A stretch of 64,000 nucleotides of DNA, taken from positions 9,962 to 73,961 of the forward strand of contig CAWKOD010000040.1 of the NCBI GenBank assembly GCA_963850885.1, read 5' to 3'. The translations under genes were made by a program, and so were the position numbers. The notes beneath the pieces were generated by a model. That model ran no database searches. It was given only the letters and a program-made list of their open reading frames with translations, and had not been told where the DNA came from. Within the stretch, counting starts at the first letter, position 1; each line of letters starts with the position of its first letter. Source of the DNA: an uncultured Alphaproteobacteria bacterium. GTDB taxonomy: Bacteria > Pseudomonadota > Alphaproteobacteria > Rhizobiales > Xanthobacteraceae. Positions 1 to 10,381 of this stretch are shown one piece after another.

Positions 1-872
1 CCCAACTCCCGTCCGAGCCATTTCAACTCGGCCTTGATCGCTTCGACCCGAGGGTCAGTCACGACCGCGGAAAACAGCGAAATGGCAGCGCGCAACCGGC
101 GCAATGCAATACGCATCTGATGGAGCGCTTCGGCGTTGCGTTTTTTCGCAGCGCTTTCGTTGGCCAGCAGTTGACGCAGGCAGGCCTGGGCAATCAGGGT
201 GAAAGCACGGCCGGCGCTCGTGCCCGCGTCCAGCTCCGGCTCATAGGCTTTCTCGGCGGCGATCGACACTTTCTCGACCAGGTCGAAGCCGCGCTCTGAC
301 TTGCTTTTGACATCGAGCTGAGCCGGAACGATATCGCCGATCGTGCGCGCGAGCTTGAACAATTCGGCAGGCTCGCCGCGCTTGAGCTCCAGTTCGATTT
401 CAGAGACCGGGCACGACGAATTGGTTGCAACGATCCGTCCTTCGTCGAAGGCAATGGCGATGTCGGTGTCGCCGCCGTTCAGGCGATAGGTCGTCCGCTC
501 GATCCGGGTCTCGAACACCGGCTTTAGAGCGTTGCGAATGTCGTCGGTGAGAAGCGGCCCGAGCGGCGTATCCGCGGCAAGAGCAAGGTTCGGTTGATCG
601 CTCTCGATAGGCTGCTCCCATTCCGAGCGCTCGAAGATGCCGTGATCGGCGGATTTGATGGTCTGGATGCGCTTGTCGCCGACGTGCCGCACCCGCAAGG
701 TCAGTCCGTGATCGCGCAGGAACAACTCATCCGAATCGAAATAAACCGACACCAGCGTTTCGCTGACGGGTTCGCCAAGGGCGCCGGCAAAATTCGGATG
801 GGTCCGAAGCGTCGCCACGTCCTCCGGGGCGACCCGAAGCTTTAATTCAATTTCCTTGGGGTCGTTGTCCAT
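1..872 (-). CDS. CYTH + CHAD domain protein (inorganic triphosphatase/polyphosphate-binding type), truncated by window edge
   Basis: Translated by hand from ATG at 872: MDNDPKEIELKL (CYTH ExExK) ...YFDS...LRVR...EIELELK..., then EALHQMRIALRRLRAAISLF (CHAD). Open to window start, so absent from the ORF track. Confidence 0.85.
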   Translation of the reverse strand, partial: MDNDPKEIELKLRVAPEDVATLRTHPNFAGALGEPVSETLVSVYFDSDELFLRDHGLTLRVRHVGDKRIQTIKSADHGIFERSEWEQPIESDQPNLALAADTPLGPLLTDDIRNALKPVFETRIERTTYRLNGGDTDIAIAFDEGRIVATNSSCPVSEIELELKRGEPAELFKLARTIGDIVPAQLDVKSKSERGFDLVEKVSIAAEKAYEPELDAGTSAGRAFTLIAQACLRQLLANESAAKKRNAEALHQMRIALRRLRAAISLFSAVVTDPRVEAIKAELKWLGREL

Positions 873-1018
873 GACACGCAACAGACAAGATGAAGACCGT
901 GATCGGAGCGCATGCGAACGCTGGCGCTGTCCTGGGCGATATTTTGTTGGCACTCACTAGACAGTAACGTGCACGATGCGGCAATTCTGAAATGCGCCTT
1001 CGGTCCGATCAGAGACCG

Positions 1019-1036
1019 CTGTCACAAAATTGTCAT
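1019..1036 (+). promoter_or_regulatory. Putative Pho box (PhoB site)
   Basis: CTGTCAC-AAAA-TTGTCAT versus consensus CTGTCAT-N4-CTGTCAT; intergenic, about 100 bp upstream of the PsiF-like gene. Confidence 0.7.
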
Positions 1037-1138
1037 ATATAGACGATCGGGACTGGATTTTTTGCATAATTCGGCGCGCAAGTTTATGAGAACCATGGGA
1101 TTTCGCTCGGAAATCGTCCCTTTCTGGAGTTCAGACTT

Positions 1139-1369
1139 ATGTTTCGTATTCCAATCTGCTCTGCGGCTTTTGCGGCACTTATTTCAATTGGCACGCCTGC
1201 GGCGCTCGCCCAGTCGCCGGCTCCAAAACCAAAATCACCTGGACAAATTGCCGCCGCCAGCAGACTTATTGCGGAAAAGAACGAGAACTGCCGGCAGCAA
1301 GCCAAGCAACAAGGGTTGAGGTTTCTAAAGCGCCGCCGCTTTATTCGCGACTGTAGAGCCGGGCAGTAG
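1139..1369 (+). CDS. Small secreted PsiF-repeat-like protein
   Basis: Signal peptide (..ALA|Q), then CRQQAKQQGLRFLKRRRFIRDC, resembling one PsiF repeat (C..A...L....R..F...C). Confidence 0.6.
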   Translation: MFRIPICSAAFAALISIGTPAALAQSPAPKPKSPGQIAAASRLIAEKNENCRQQAKQQGLRFLKRRRFIRDCRAGQ

Positions 1370-1435
1370 CGGCGGTTAGGCGATTACGGATTCAACCGGC
1401 GTCAGCACGGGCGACAAGCGCCGCGGGTCGCGTTT

Positions 1436-2368
1436 TTATGAAGACCGCGCAACCCGCCGACCGTTTTCGGCGAGATACCAGGTGGCGATCTCCTCGCGGG
1501 TGGGAAACCACACCTGGGACTTTCCTTTGACGTATTCGATGAATTCACGGAGCGCCGCGATCCGGTGCGGCTGGCCGATGACATGCGGATGCAGTCCGAC
1601 GTTCATGATGCGCCCGGTCGTTGCGCCCTCGGCATGAAGCTGGTCGAAGCAGAGCTTGAGCATCTCGATGCCGTCGCGGGTCGATGAGCTGCCGCGCGCG
1701 AACATGTTGAAGTCGTTGATGTCGTTGGAATACGGCACGCAGACGATCGGCCCGTGGATGGTGTCGATCAGATAGGGCTGGTCGTCGTTGAGATAATCGC
1801 AATAAGCGACCAGACCGAACTCCTTGAGGAACGCCGGCGTGTGCAAGGTGCCGCGGATCGCCGACGACAGCCACGCCTTCGCGGGGCGGCCGACCACCTC
1901 CTGATACTTGTCGAGCGTCTTGCGGATCACCGCGCGCTCCTGCCCCGGGTTGTAGGCGTAGTAGGTCAGCAGGTCGTTCTGCGCCCAGTTGTGTGGCACG
2001 AGCTCCCAGCCGCGCTCCTTGACGGCGTCGACGATGCGGCGGCGCTCCACCATGATCATGCCGTTGCAGGTGCACGACGGCGCGACACCGAGTTTGTCGA
2101 ACACATCCATGACGCGCCAGATGCCGATCCGTTGGCCGTACTCGCGCCATGTCCAGTTCGCGGTGTCGAGCACGTCGCCGGGCAGCGCATGTGGGATTGT
2201 CGCCGGTCCGCCAGGGAACATCGGCTCCTTCTGGCCGGGACGGGACGGTTCCCAGTACTCGATGTTGATGGTGAAGATCAGCGCGACATTCGCGCCATTC
2301 GGAAATTTCAGCGGCGCGCGGTCCGGCAGCGGCACGAAGTCATAGGAGGAGGGCGGTTTGTCGGACAT
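1436..2368 (-). CDS. Polysaccharide deacetylase family protein, PuuE-like (copy 1)
   Basis: 310 aa; INIEYW, WREYGQRIGIWR, PHNWAQ, NDDQPY, VPYSNDIND, GLHPH. Confidence 0.85.
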   Translation of the reverse strand: MSDKPPSSYDFVPLPDRAPLKFPNGANVALIFTINIEYWEPSRPGQKEPMFPGGPATIPHALPGDVLDTANWTWREYGQRIGIWRVMDVFDKLGVAPSCTCNGMIMVERRRIVDAVKERGWELVPHNWAQNDLLTYYAYNPGQERAVIRKTLDKYQEVVGRPAKAWLSSAIRGTLHTPAFLKEFGLVAYCDYLNDDQPYLIDTIHGPIVCVPYSNDINDFNMFARGSSSTRDGIEMLKLCFDQLHAEGATTGRIMNVGLHPHVIGQPHRIAALREFIEYVKGKSQVWFPTREEIATWYLAENGRRVARSS

Positions 2369-3372
2369 TACGATTTCCTTGCAGTGGCCTGCCGCTCGGC
2401 GCGGTCGAGACGCCAGGTGGTGACGCGACGGGCGAGGTCCGGCGCATCGAGAATGGCGATAAAGATGAGAATGCCGCCGGTGACCAGATCATGCACATGC
2501 GGCGAGACGCCGATGGCGCTCAGCCCCGAGCGCAAGATGCACAACGTGAGCACGCCGGCCGCAATTCCCATCGGGCTGCCGCGGCCGCCGACCACCGAGA
2601 CGCCGCCGACGATGGCGGCGGCCGCCGCCGGCGCCAGCACGTCGGCGAGCGCGACCGGTGACGCGGCGCCGAGGCTGTAGCTCAGCAGCACGCCGGCCAG
2701 CGCCGCTGAAGCGCCGGAGGCGGCGAACACGCCGATGATGACGCGGTCGGTGTTAAGCCCGGCGATCCGGCTGGCGCGGCGGTCGCTGCCGGTGGCGATC
2801 ACGTCGCGGCCGATGTGGGTGTAGGTCATCACCAGCGCGGCGAGCACGAACACCGCGAGCGCCGCGGCGCTCCGCACCGACAACAGGTTGGCGACCGGCT
2901 CGTTCAATCCGAGCGCCACGGCCATGTTGGGATAGCTGATCGTCTTGTTTTCGGTCAGCACGTAGGTCATGCCTTGCAGCGTCAGGAGCCCGCCGAGCGT
3001 GACGCCGACCGAACTCAAGCCCAGCCGCGTCATGATCAGTCCCTGCAGCACGCCACTCACAACGCCGGCGCCGACGCCGAACACGACGCCGAGCCACGGA
3101 TTCTCCACGCCGGTCATCACCGCGATGCAGCCGGCGAGGCCGACAATGCCGGCGACCGACAGGTCGAACTCCCGCACCAGCATCGACAGACCGAGCCCCA
3201 GCGCCACCAGACCCACGGTCGCGAACAGCTGCATCACGCTGAACACCGTGCCGATGCTGAAGAAATAGCCGTGGCCGCGGTCCATGATGCCGAGCACGAC
3301 GATGGCGCAGGCCATGATGGTGAACGGCCGCATCGTCGGGGCCAACAGAGACTTGGCGGCTCGCGCGAACAT
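2368..3372 (-). CDS. Sugar-type (CUT2) ABC transporter permease
   Basis: Start MFARAAK at 3372 overlaps upstream stop; FDLSV, hydrophobic helices, GGVSVVGGRGS. Confidence 0.85.
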   Translation of the reverse strand: MFARAAKSLLAPTMRPFTIMACAIVVLGIMDRGHGYFFSIGTVFSVMQLFATVGLVALGLGLSMLVREFDLSVAGIVGLAGCIAVMTGVENPWLGVVFGVGAGVVSGVLQGLIMTRLGLSSVGVTLGGLLTLQGMTYVLTENKTISYPNMAVALGLNEPVANLLSVRSAAALAVFVLAALVMTYTHIGRDVIATGSDRRASRIAGLNTDRVIIGVFAASGASAALAGVLLSYSLGAASPVALADVLAPAAAAAIVGGVSVVGGRGSPMGIAAGVLTLCILRSGLSAIGVSPHVHDLVTGGILIFIAILDAPDLARRVTTWRLDRAERQATARKS

Positions 3373-4289
3373 CAGCGCCTCTCGCCGATGGTGTGCAGCA
3401 TGATGACGCTCAGCACGATCAGTCCGGTGATGAGGTACTGCAATTGCTGGCTGAAACCGCGCAGCAGCAGCACGACTTCGATGATGGCAATGACGGTGAC
3501 GCCGATCAGGGTGCGGACCACCGAGCCGGAGCCGCCCTGGATCGCGGTGCCGCCGACCAGCACGGCGGCAATGGCGGTGTAGTCGTAGCCGGTGCCCAAT
3601 TCCATGTCGCCCGAGCCGTAGCGCGCGGCAAGCAGCACGCCGGAGATCGCCGCGCAGGCACCCGCGATCACATAGGCGAAGGTGACAGCCGCGGCCGTGC
3701 TGATGCCCGCGGCGGTCGCCGCCCGCGCGTTGCTGCCGACCATCGCCATGGCGCGGCCGATCCGTGTCCACGACAGGATGAACTGGCCGGCGACGACGGT
3801 TGCAAAGAAATACAGCGCCTCGATCGGGATGCCGGCGACGCGGCCCTTGAACACCTGCAGGCCTTCGCCACCCGGATAGATGCGCACCCCGCCGGTAGCA
3901 AGATCGGCGCCGCCGATCAGCAGCGAGAGGCCGGCGATGCTCACCAGGATCGGGTTGGCGCGGAAATAGCCGATCAGCACGCCCTGCGCTGCCGTGACCA
4001 CGATACCGAACAACAGCGTCAGCAGGAACGCCGGCAGGATGCCAACCGACAGGCTGGACAGAAAGATCAGCGCCGATGCCGACAGCGTCGCGCCAAGACA
4101 AAGCGACATGATGTTGCCGGTCAGCGTGATGAAGGTCATGCCGACCGCAACGCAGCCAATGAACGAAATTGCGTTGAGCAACGCGTTGATGCTGATCTGG
4201 GAGGTGAAGCCCGGCGTTGTCAGCGCGAAAATCGCGATCGCCGCAATGGTGATGATCCGGATCGCCAGGACGATGTGGCGCGTTCTCAT
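3372..4289 (-). CDS. Sugar-type (CUT2) ABC transporter permease
   Basis: Start MRTRHIV at 4289; AIAAVLVGGTAIQGGSGS RbsC-like motif. Confidence 0.85.
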   Translation of the reverse strand: MRTRHIVLAIRIITIAAIAIFALTTPGFTSQISINALLNAISFIGCVAVGMTFITLTGNIMSLCLGATLSASALIFLSSLSVGILPAFLLTLLFGIVVTAAQGVLIGYFRANPILVSIAGLSLLIGGADLATGGVRIYPGGEGLQVFKGRVAGIPIEALYFFATVVAGQFILSWTRIGRAMAMVGSNARAATAAGISTAAAVTFAYVIAGACAAISGVLLAARYGSGDMELGTGYDYTAIAAVLVGGTAIQGGSGSVVRTLIGVTVIAIIEVVLLLRGFSQQLQYLITGLIVLSVIMLHTIGERR

Positions 4290-5791
4290 GCCGCCGCGAC
4301 CGGGTGGGTGATGTCGGCCAGCACGCGATGCAGGCTCGCTTCGCCGCGCCGATAGGAGCCGATCTGCCGGCCGCGATACATGCTGACGATGATGTCGGAC
4401 ATCCCCAGCACTTCCTCGATGTCGGACGACGCCATGATGAGGCAATAGCCGCGGTCGCAGAATTGCCGGATCAGCCGGTAGATTTCCGCCCGCGCGCCGA
4501 CGTCGACGCCCCGGGTCGGCTCGTTCATCAAGAGCACGCCGGGATCGTCGCCGCCGATCGAGCGGCCGAAGGCGAGCTTCTGCTGGTTGCCGCCGCTCAA
4601 TTCGTCCGCATGCGAGCGCAGGCGCTTCAGGTCGACACCGACCGCAGAGGCAAGCCGTGACGCCGTGGCGCGAAGCTTCGGATGCTCCAGAATCCCAAGC
4701 CGGCTGTGGTCGGACAGCCGCGTGGCGACGAGATTGTGGCCGACGCTCAGGCGGAGAAAGATGCCTTCGCCGGCACGGTCCTCCGAAATGAACTGCACCT
4801 TGGCGGCCTGCGATTTCGCCACCGAGCGAAGCCGCACCGTCTGACCCGCCACGCTGACCTCACCGGTCGCGTCGGCGGCAAGGCCGGCCAACGCCCGCAA
4901 CACTTCGATCGCGCCGGAGCCGACCTGGCCCGCGAGGCAGATCACCATGCCGCGCTCCGCGACCAGGTTGAAGTCCTGGACGATCGGCGGGACGCGCAGG
5001 TGCTTGACCGTGAGCATCGGTTCGCCCGGTTTGCTGTCCCAGCGCGGATACATCTCGCCCATGCTGCGCCCGAGCATCATCTCCATCAGATGCTCGCGGT
5101 CGATCTCGGCGGTGGCGCGCGTGCCGACCAGCTCGCCGTTTCGCAGCACCGAGACGGTATCGCAGATCTCGAACACTTCGCCGAGCCGGTGTGTGATGTA
5201 GATGATCGACTTGCCTTCGGCCTTCAGCGCGCGCAATGCGCTGAAAATGCGTTCGATCTCGACGTCGGACAGCGTCGCTGTCGGCTCGTCGAGGATCAGC
5301 ACCCGCGCGTCGCGGGTCAGCATCCGGGCGATCTCGACGAGTTGCCGCCGGCCGATGCTGAGCTGCGACACCGGCGTTTCGAGCGGCAGGTCGCCGAGGC
5401 CAACCTTTTCCAGCGCCGCCCGCGCGCGGTCGCGAAATTCCTTGCGGCGATGAAACAGCGGCACCTTGCGATTGCCGAGCCAGATGTTGTCCAGCACCGA
5501 CAAGGCGGGCGCCAGGCTCAGCTCCTGCGCCACCAGCGCGATGCCGAGCTCCTGCGCGTGCAGCGGGCTCGGGATCGCGGTCGGCTTGCCGTCAACCAGG
5601 ACGATGCCGCCGTCGACCTGATGCACGCCGGTGAAGACCTTGACCAGCGTGCTCTTGCCCGCGCCGTTCTCGCCGCAGATGGCGCGGATTTCCTGCGCGC
5701 CAATCGACAGTGTGACGTTCTTGAGGACCTCGTTCGGGCCGAACCGCTTGGTCACCCCTTCGACAGCGAGAATGGGTTGTCCCACCGGCAT
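4286..5791 (-). CDS. Sugar ABC transporter ATP-binding protein (RbsA-like, two ATPase domains)
   Basis: GENGAGKST Walker A, LILDEPT, LSGGNQQK, NEPTRGVDVGA. Confidence 0.92.
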   Translation of the reverse strand: MPVGQPILAVEGVTKRFGPNEVLKNVTLSIGAQEIRAICGENGAGKSTLVKVFTGVHQVDGGIVLVDGKPTAIPSPLHAQELGIALVAQELSLAPALSVLDNIWLGNRKVPLFHRRKEFRDRARAALEKVGLGDLPLETPVSQLSIGRRQLVEIARMLTRDARVLILDEPTATLSDVEIERIFSALRALKAEGKSIIYITHRLGEVFEICDTVSVLRNGELVGTRATAEIDREHLMEMMLGRSMGEMYPRWDSKPGEPMLTVKHLRVPPIVQDFNLVAERGMVICLAGQVGSGAIEVLRALAGLAADATGEVSVAGQTVRLRSVAKSQAAKVQFISEDRAGEGIFLRLSVGHNLVATRLSDHSRLGILEHPKLRATASRLASAVGVDLKRLRSHADELSGGNQQKLAFGRSIGGDDPGVLLMNEPTRGVDVGARAEIYRLIRQFCDRGYCLIMASSDIEEVLGMSDIIVSMYRGRQIGSYRRGEASLHRVLADITHPVAAA

Positions 5792-5815
5792 AAGGATAAC
5801 GCTGCACCCTCAGTG

Positions 5816-6796
5816 CTAGTACGAGCAGCCGGCGGTGAACTGCTCGAGGTTCTCCTTGCTGATCCCATGCACCGGCACGAGCTCGTATTTCTTCATCTTC
5901 TCGCCGTTGAAATGCCCAGCGACCTTCTTCGCCGTGATCTCGGCCTCTTCGGTCGGGATTTGCGTCGCGGTGGCGAACTGCTTGCCGGATTTGATGTTGA
6001 TCATGCCGTCCTTCATGCAGTTGCTGCCGACGACCACGATCCCCTTGTCCGCCACGCCGAGCTTGAGGCCCGCCAACTCGACCGCCTGAATGGAGCCGGT
6101 CGCCTGGTTGTCGGCCATGGCGAAGATGCCGTCGACGCCGCCGCGCGCGTTGAAGCGCACCAGCAATTCGCCGGTGATCTTCTCGGTCAAGGCGGTGTTC
6201 CACTTGCCGTCTTCCGCGGCGACAAGCTCAAAGCCCGGATGCTTGGCCAAAACCTCTTTGAAAGCCGCGATGCGGTCCTGGACGTTGAGTTGCTGGGCGG
6301 CGCCGGTCACCGCGACGATCTGCGCCTTGGTCTTGCCCTCGGCCATCAGGCCCTTGACCATGCCTTCGCCGGCCAGGCGTCCGAGTTCGCGATGGTCGGT
6401 TCCGACATAGGACGTGAACAGCTCTTCGTAGTCCTTCTTCAAAGGCGTGACGATGAGCACGACCGGAATGCCGGCCGCCTTGGCGCGGGTCAAAGCCGGC
6501 ACCACCGCCTGGTCGTTGACGTAGACCAACACGATGATGTCGAACTTCTGCGCGATCGCGTCGTCGATCTGCTGCGATTGCACCGCCGCGTCATAGTTCG
6601 AGTTGAGGTTGGTCACCTTCATGCCAGCGTCGGTGGCGAACTTGGTGAAGGTCTTGGTCCAGGCGCCGATGTAGGGGTTGGCGTTGGATGTGCCGAGCAG
6701 GGCGACCCGCTTTCCGTCCGGTGACGCGGCGGCGTCACGGCTGCCAATCGAAAGGCTCGCAAGCACAAGCGCCAACACCGCAAACACGAAACGCAT
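5816..6796 (-). CDS. Sugar ABC transporter periplasmic binding protein (RbsB-like)
   Basis: Signal peptide; NPY, AKAAGIPVV, GKWN; operon with ATPase and permeases. Confidence 0.88.
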   Translation of the reverse strand: MRFVFAVLALVLASLSIGSRDAAASPDGKRVALLGTSNANPYIGAWTKTFTKFATDAGMKVTNLNSNYDAAVQSQQIDDAIAQKFDIIVLVYVNDQAVVPALTRAKAAGIPVVLIVTPLKKDYEELFTSYVGTDHRELGRLAGEGMVKGLMAEGKTKAQIVAVTGAAQQLNVQDRIAAFKEVLAKHPGFELVAAEDGKWNTALTEKITGELLVRFNARGGVDGIFAMADNQATGSIQAVELAGLKLGVADKGIVVVGSNCMKDGMINIKSGKQFATATQIPTEEAEITAKKVAGHFNGEKMKKYELVPVHGISKENLEQFTAGCSY

Positions 6797-6885
6797 GGAT
6801 ATCTCCTGTGTGATCGGCGGCTTTCGAAAATGGTAACTGCAATTTCCAGTCCACGCCAGCAGGGGCAGGGCGGCGAAACGCCCCG

Positions 6886-8221
6886 TCAGGCGCCGTTGCC
6901 GAAATGGACCTCGGCAAGCCAGCGCGCGATCGCGGTCAGGCGCTCGTCGCCCTGCCAGCGCCCGAGCAATTGGACGCCCAGGGGCGCAGCGTCGACCGCG
7001 AGCAAGGGCAGGTTGATGGCCGGCGCGCCCAGCACCGACGACGCCTCGTTGAAGATCGCGCTGCCCTGATCCATGCCGATCGGCCCCGGCCCGGGCGACG
7101 ACAGGGTGATGAACCCGTCGGTGCGCTGTGCCAATTCCTCGTGCATCGCCCGCAATTTCTCGCGTTCGACGTGCGCCGCGCGATAGGTCTCCTGCGTGAT
7201 ATCGGCGCCGTCTTCGATGCCCTTGAGGAGGCGCGGCGGCAGCTTGTCCCGGTAGCGCTCGCGGTATTGCAGCATCGGCCAGTGCATCTCGAAGCGGTAC
7301 AAATTGGTCCAGAGCGCGGGCATGCCCGCCAGCGCCGTTTCATAAGCCTCGATCGCCGCGTCATCACGGCGCGTGACGATCTCGACGCCTGCGTCTGTAA
7401 GCCGCGACAGATATGCTTCGAACGCCGCCTTGGCGGCAGGCTCCGCGACCGGCCAGCCGGCGGTGTCGAGGCGAATGAGGCGCGCGGGCTTGCGCGGCGC
7501 CGGCGGATTCAGCGCGCCGTCGAGGCCCGGATGACCCGGATCGCCGCCGGCCCCCGTGACGATGAAGCGCGCCGTGGTCCACATGTCGGACAGCGTTCCG
7601 GCGAAGACGCCGAGATGGTCCATGCTGTAGGCCATCGAGAACGAGCCCTGGCGGTTGATGGCGCCGAACGTGGGCTTGAGCGCATAGGTGCCGCAGAAGC
7701 TCGCGGGACGGATGGTCGAGCCGCGCGCGTGGGTGCCGAGCGCGACCGGCAGCATCCGCGCCGCCACCGCCGCGGCGGTGCCGCTCGACGAGCCGCCCGG
7801 CGTGCGGCGGGTGTCGAACGGATTGCGCGTCCGCGCCGGATCGCCGCCGCCGAAACAAACCGTGACGGTCTTGCCGACTAGCACCGCGCCGCCCTGCCGC
7901 AGCGCGCGCACGCAGGCCGCGTCGGTCATCGGCTGGTGGCCTTTGAACAACTCGCTGCCGAACTCGGTCGGCATGTCATAGGTCTCGATCAGGTCTTTGA
8001 TGCCGACCGGCATGCCGTCGACGGCGCTCAGTGGCTTGCCGGCCTTATATCGCGCGCCGGATTCGTCGGCGGCCTGGCGCGCCCGCTCCAGATTGAGAAA
8101 GGCGAAAGCCATCACGGCGGGCTCGAGCGCCTCGATCCGTCTCGATACAGCGTTCGAGATAAGCGCGCGGCGTATCTGCACCGTCGCGGAATTCGGCGAC
8201 AGCGTTGTGGAAACCCAGCAT
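6886..8221 (-). CDS. Amidase signature family protein (frameshift near 8140)
   Basis: GIKDL, TPGGSSSG, GTHARGSTIRP. The alternative frame from ATG 8221 (MLGFHNAVAEFRDGADTPRAYLERCIE) gives a typical amidase N-terminus. Confidence 0.85.
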
Positions 8222-8276
8222 CCAATGCGTTGCCGGATCGTAGGGCCCGCCGGCGATTGCTTGTCGATGTCCGGCA

Positions 8277-9470
8277 TCAGATCAGTTTCGACGTGACCGG
8301 CAGCCCGAGCAGCACCTGTCCGGCGACCTCGAAGTTTACGAATTGCGACTGCACCTGCTGGGTCACCGCGTGAATGTCGCGCAGCCGCCGCTCGAACGCC
8401 TGGTTCTCGAAGATCGCCGTACCGCCGGCGAAGTGGTACGCGGTCTCGACGACCTCCTTGGCTTGGTGGCTGGCATGAACCGCCGCAAGCCGCAGCGCTG
8501 CACGCTGTTGTAACGTGGCGCTCTCACCACGGGACGCAGCATCCCACATGTCTCGCAGCGCTTGCATCAAATAAGCTCGTGACGATTGCCATTCTGCCTC
8601 GGCGACCGCCACCTTGGACTGCACCACGGGGTTATCACGCAACGGCTTGGAGCCGAGCATCGGCACCTTGGTGGTGGCGATTTGGATGAAGGCGTCGAGC
8701 GTCGCTCGAGCGATGCCGAGTGCAACTGCGGCAAAGGCCGCGCCGTAGATCTGATAGGTGGTGAAGCGGTAGAGCGGTCCAGTCTCGCGGCGGTCGGCGA
8801 CCAATTCCCGGGTGAAGGTGTACCGCGCCGGTACAAACAGATCGGTCACCGTGTAGGTGTCGCTGCCGGTGCCTTTAAGTCCCACGACCTGCCACACGTC
8901 GCGGATGACCGCCTTTGTTTTCGGAAACAGCATTGTCCGCTCGGTTGGCTTGCCGTCCGCGCCAAGGCAAGGCTTGCCGTCCGCGTCGACCAACGGCGAG
9001 TGGCCGCCGAGCCACTGCGCGTGACGGCTACCGCTGGCGTAAGACCATGTCCCGGTGACGCGATACCCACCGTCGACAGCGGTCGCTCTTACCGTCGGCC
9101 CGACGGGGCCCCAGGCGACAACGGCATCTCTGGCGGCGAAGATTTCCTGCGCGACAGCGGGTTCGATATAGGCTGCGGCCATCGAGCAGCCGGACGCTTG
9201 GGCCAGGCACCATGCAGTGCTGGCGTCGGCTTTGGCGATCTCCTCGACGGCGGTGACGAATGTTACGGGATCGCTTTCTTCGCCGCCGCAGCTCCGCGGC
9301 AGCAGCATTTTGAACAAGCCTGCATCAAACAGCGCGGCGAGAAGCTCCTGCGGCAACGCGCGATCGCGCTCAATCGCTGGCGCAGAGCGTTCAATCAGTG
9401 AGCGTAGTTGCCGCGCCCGTCGTTCTGGATCGCCGGGCCGAGCCGTCGCAAGTGGCGCGTCGATATTCAT
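8277..9470 (-). CDS. Acyl-CoA dehydrogenase-fold flavin-dependent monooxygenase (HsaA/C2-HpaH-like oxygenase component)
   Basis: GTWSYASGSRHAQW, WQVVGLKGTGS, ERRLRDIHAVTQ; start MNIDAP overlaps upstream TGA (TGATG). Confidence 0.82.
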   Translation of the reverse strand: MNIDAPLATARPGDPERRARQLRSLIERSAPAIERDRALPQELLAALFDAGLFKMLLPRSCGGEESDPVTFVTAVEEIAKADASTAWCLAQASGCSMAAAYIEPAVAQEIFAARDAVVAWGPVGPTVRATAVDGGYRVTGTWSYASGSRHAQWLGGHSPLVDADGKPCLGADGKPTERTMLFPKTKAVIRDVWQVVGLKGTGSDTYTVTDLFVPARYTFTRELVADRRETGPLYRFTTYQIYGAAFAAVALGIARATLDAFIQIATTKVPMLGSKPLRDNPVVQSKVAVAEAEWQSSRAYLMQALRDMWDAASRGESATLQQRAALRLAAVHASHQAKEVVETAYHFAGGTAIFENQAFERRLRDIHAVTQQVQSQFVNFEVAGQVLLGLPVTSKLI

Positions 9471-10381
9471 CACGCGATGTGGGTGTGATGGTTTTTGAGA
9501 TACCACTCTGCGATCTCCTCGCGGGTGGCGAACCAGACGTCGTCAAATTGTTTGACGTAAGCGACGAAGTCACGCAACGCGCGGATGCGGAACGGCTGGC
9601 CGACCACATGGGGATGCAGGCCGACGTTCATGAAGCGTCCGCTCTTGGCGCTTTCCTGATAAAGCCAGTCGAACTGCTCCTTGAACACCGCGAAGGCGCC
9701 ATTGACGTCCTGGCCCTGGCGCATGAACACGGTGAAGTCGTTGACCTCCGACGTGTAGGGGATCGACACCATGGTCTTTCCCGAGCGCGTCTCGATCAGA
9801 TAGGGCTGGTCGTCGTTGAGCAGGTCGGTGGTGAAGATCAGGCCTTCCTCGGCCAGGATGTCCACCGTGTTCAAGGTGCAGCGGAGCGAGCTCGACAGCC
9901 ATCCTTTGGCCGGTTTGCCGCAGACCTCCTTGTACACGCGCAAGGTCTCGCGGATTACCTCGCGCTCCTTGGTCTCGTCGAAGGAATAGTCGGCGAGCAA
10001 TTCGGTCTGCACGTAATTGTGCGCGACGATCTCCCAGCCGCGCTTAAGCGCCGCGTCGATCACGGCGCGCCGCTCCAATCCCATCTTGGCGTTCATCGTG
10101 CAGGTGGAAGGCACGCCGAACTCGTCGAAAATGTCGAACATGCGCCAGACGCCGACGCGCTGCCCATATTCGCGCCAGGTGTAGTTTGGGTTGTCATAAA
10201 CGTTGCCGGGCAGGTCGCCGCCGACAATGCCGGGGCCGCCCGGGTAGAACGGCTTCGGCGTATCCTTGGTGGTGTCCCAATATTCCAGGTTGGTTGTGAT
10301 CATCACGGCGAGCCGTTTTCCGTTGGGCCAGCGCAGCGGCTTGCGTTGCGGAAACGGCACGAACTCGTACTTCATGGTCAA
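9470..10381 (-). CDS. Polysaccharide deacetylase family protein, PuuE-like (copy 2)
   Basis: NLEYW, WREYGQRVGVWR, AHNYVQ, WLSS, NDDQPY, GLHPH; close paralogue of 1436..2368. Confidence 0.85.
   Translation of the reverse strand: MTMKYEFVPFPQRKPLRWPNGKRLAVMITTNLEYWDTTKDTPKPFYPGGPGIVGGDLPGNVYDNPNYTWREYGQRVGVWRMFDIFDEFGVPSTCTMNAKMGLERRAVIDAALKRGWEIVAHNYVQTELLADYSFDETKEREVIRETLRVYKEVCGKPAKGWLSSSLRCTLNTVDILAEEGLIFTTDLLNDDQPYLIETRSGKTMVSIPYTSEVNDFTVFMRQGQDVNGAFAVFKEQFDWLYQESAKSGRFMNVGLHPHVVGQPFRIRALRDFVAYVKQFDDVWFATREEIAEWYLKNHHTHIA

Noticed and set aside
4682-6724. Long antisense and alternative-frame ORFs (also 38670..40868, 40861..43302, 23929..26061)
   Set aside because: Shadow ORFs expected in high-GC coding DNA; they have no recognisable motifs and fully overlap well-supported genes.
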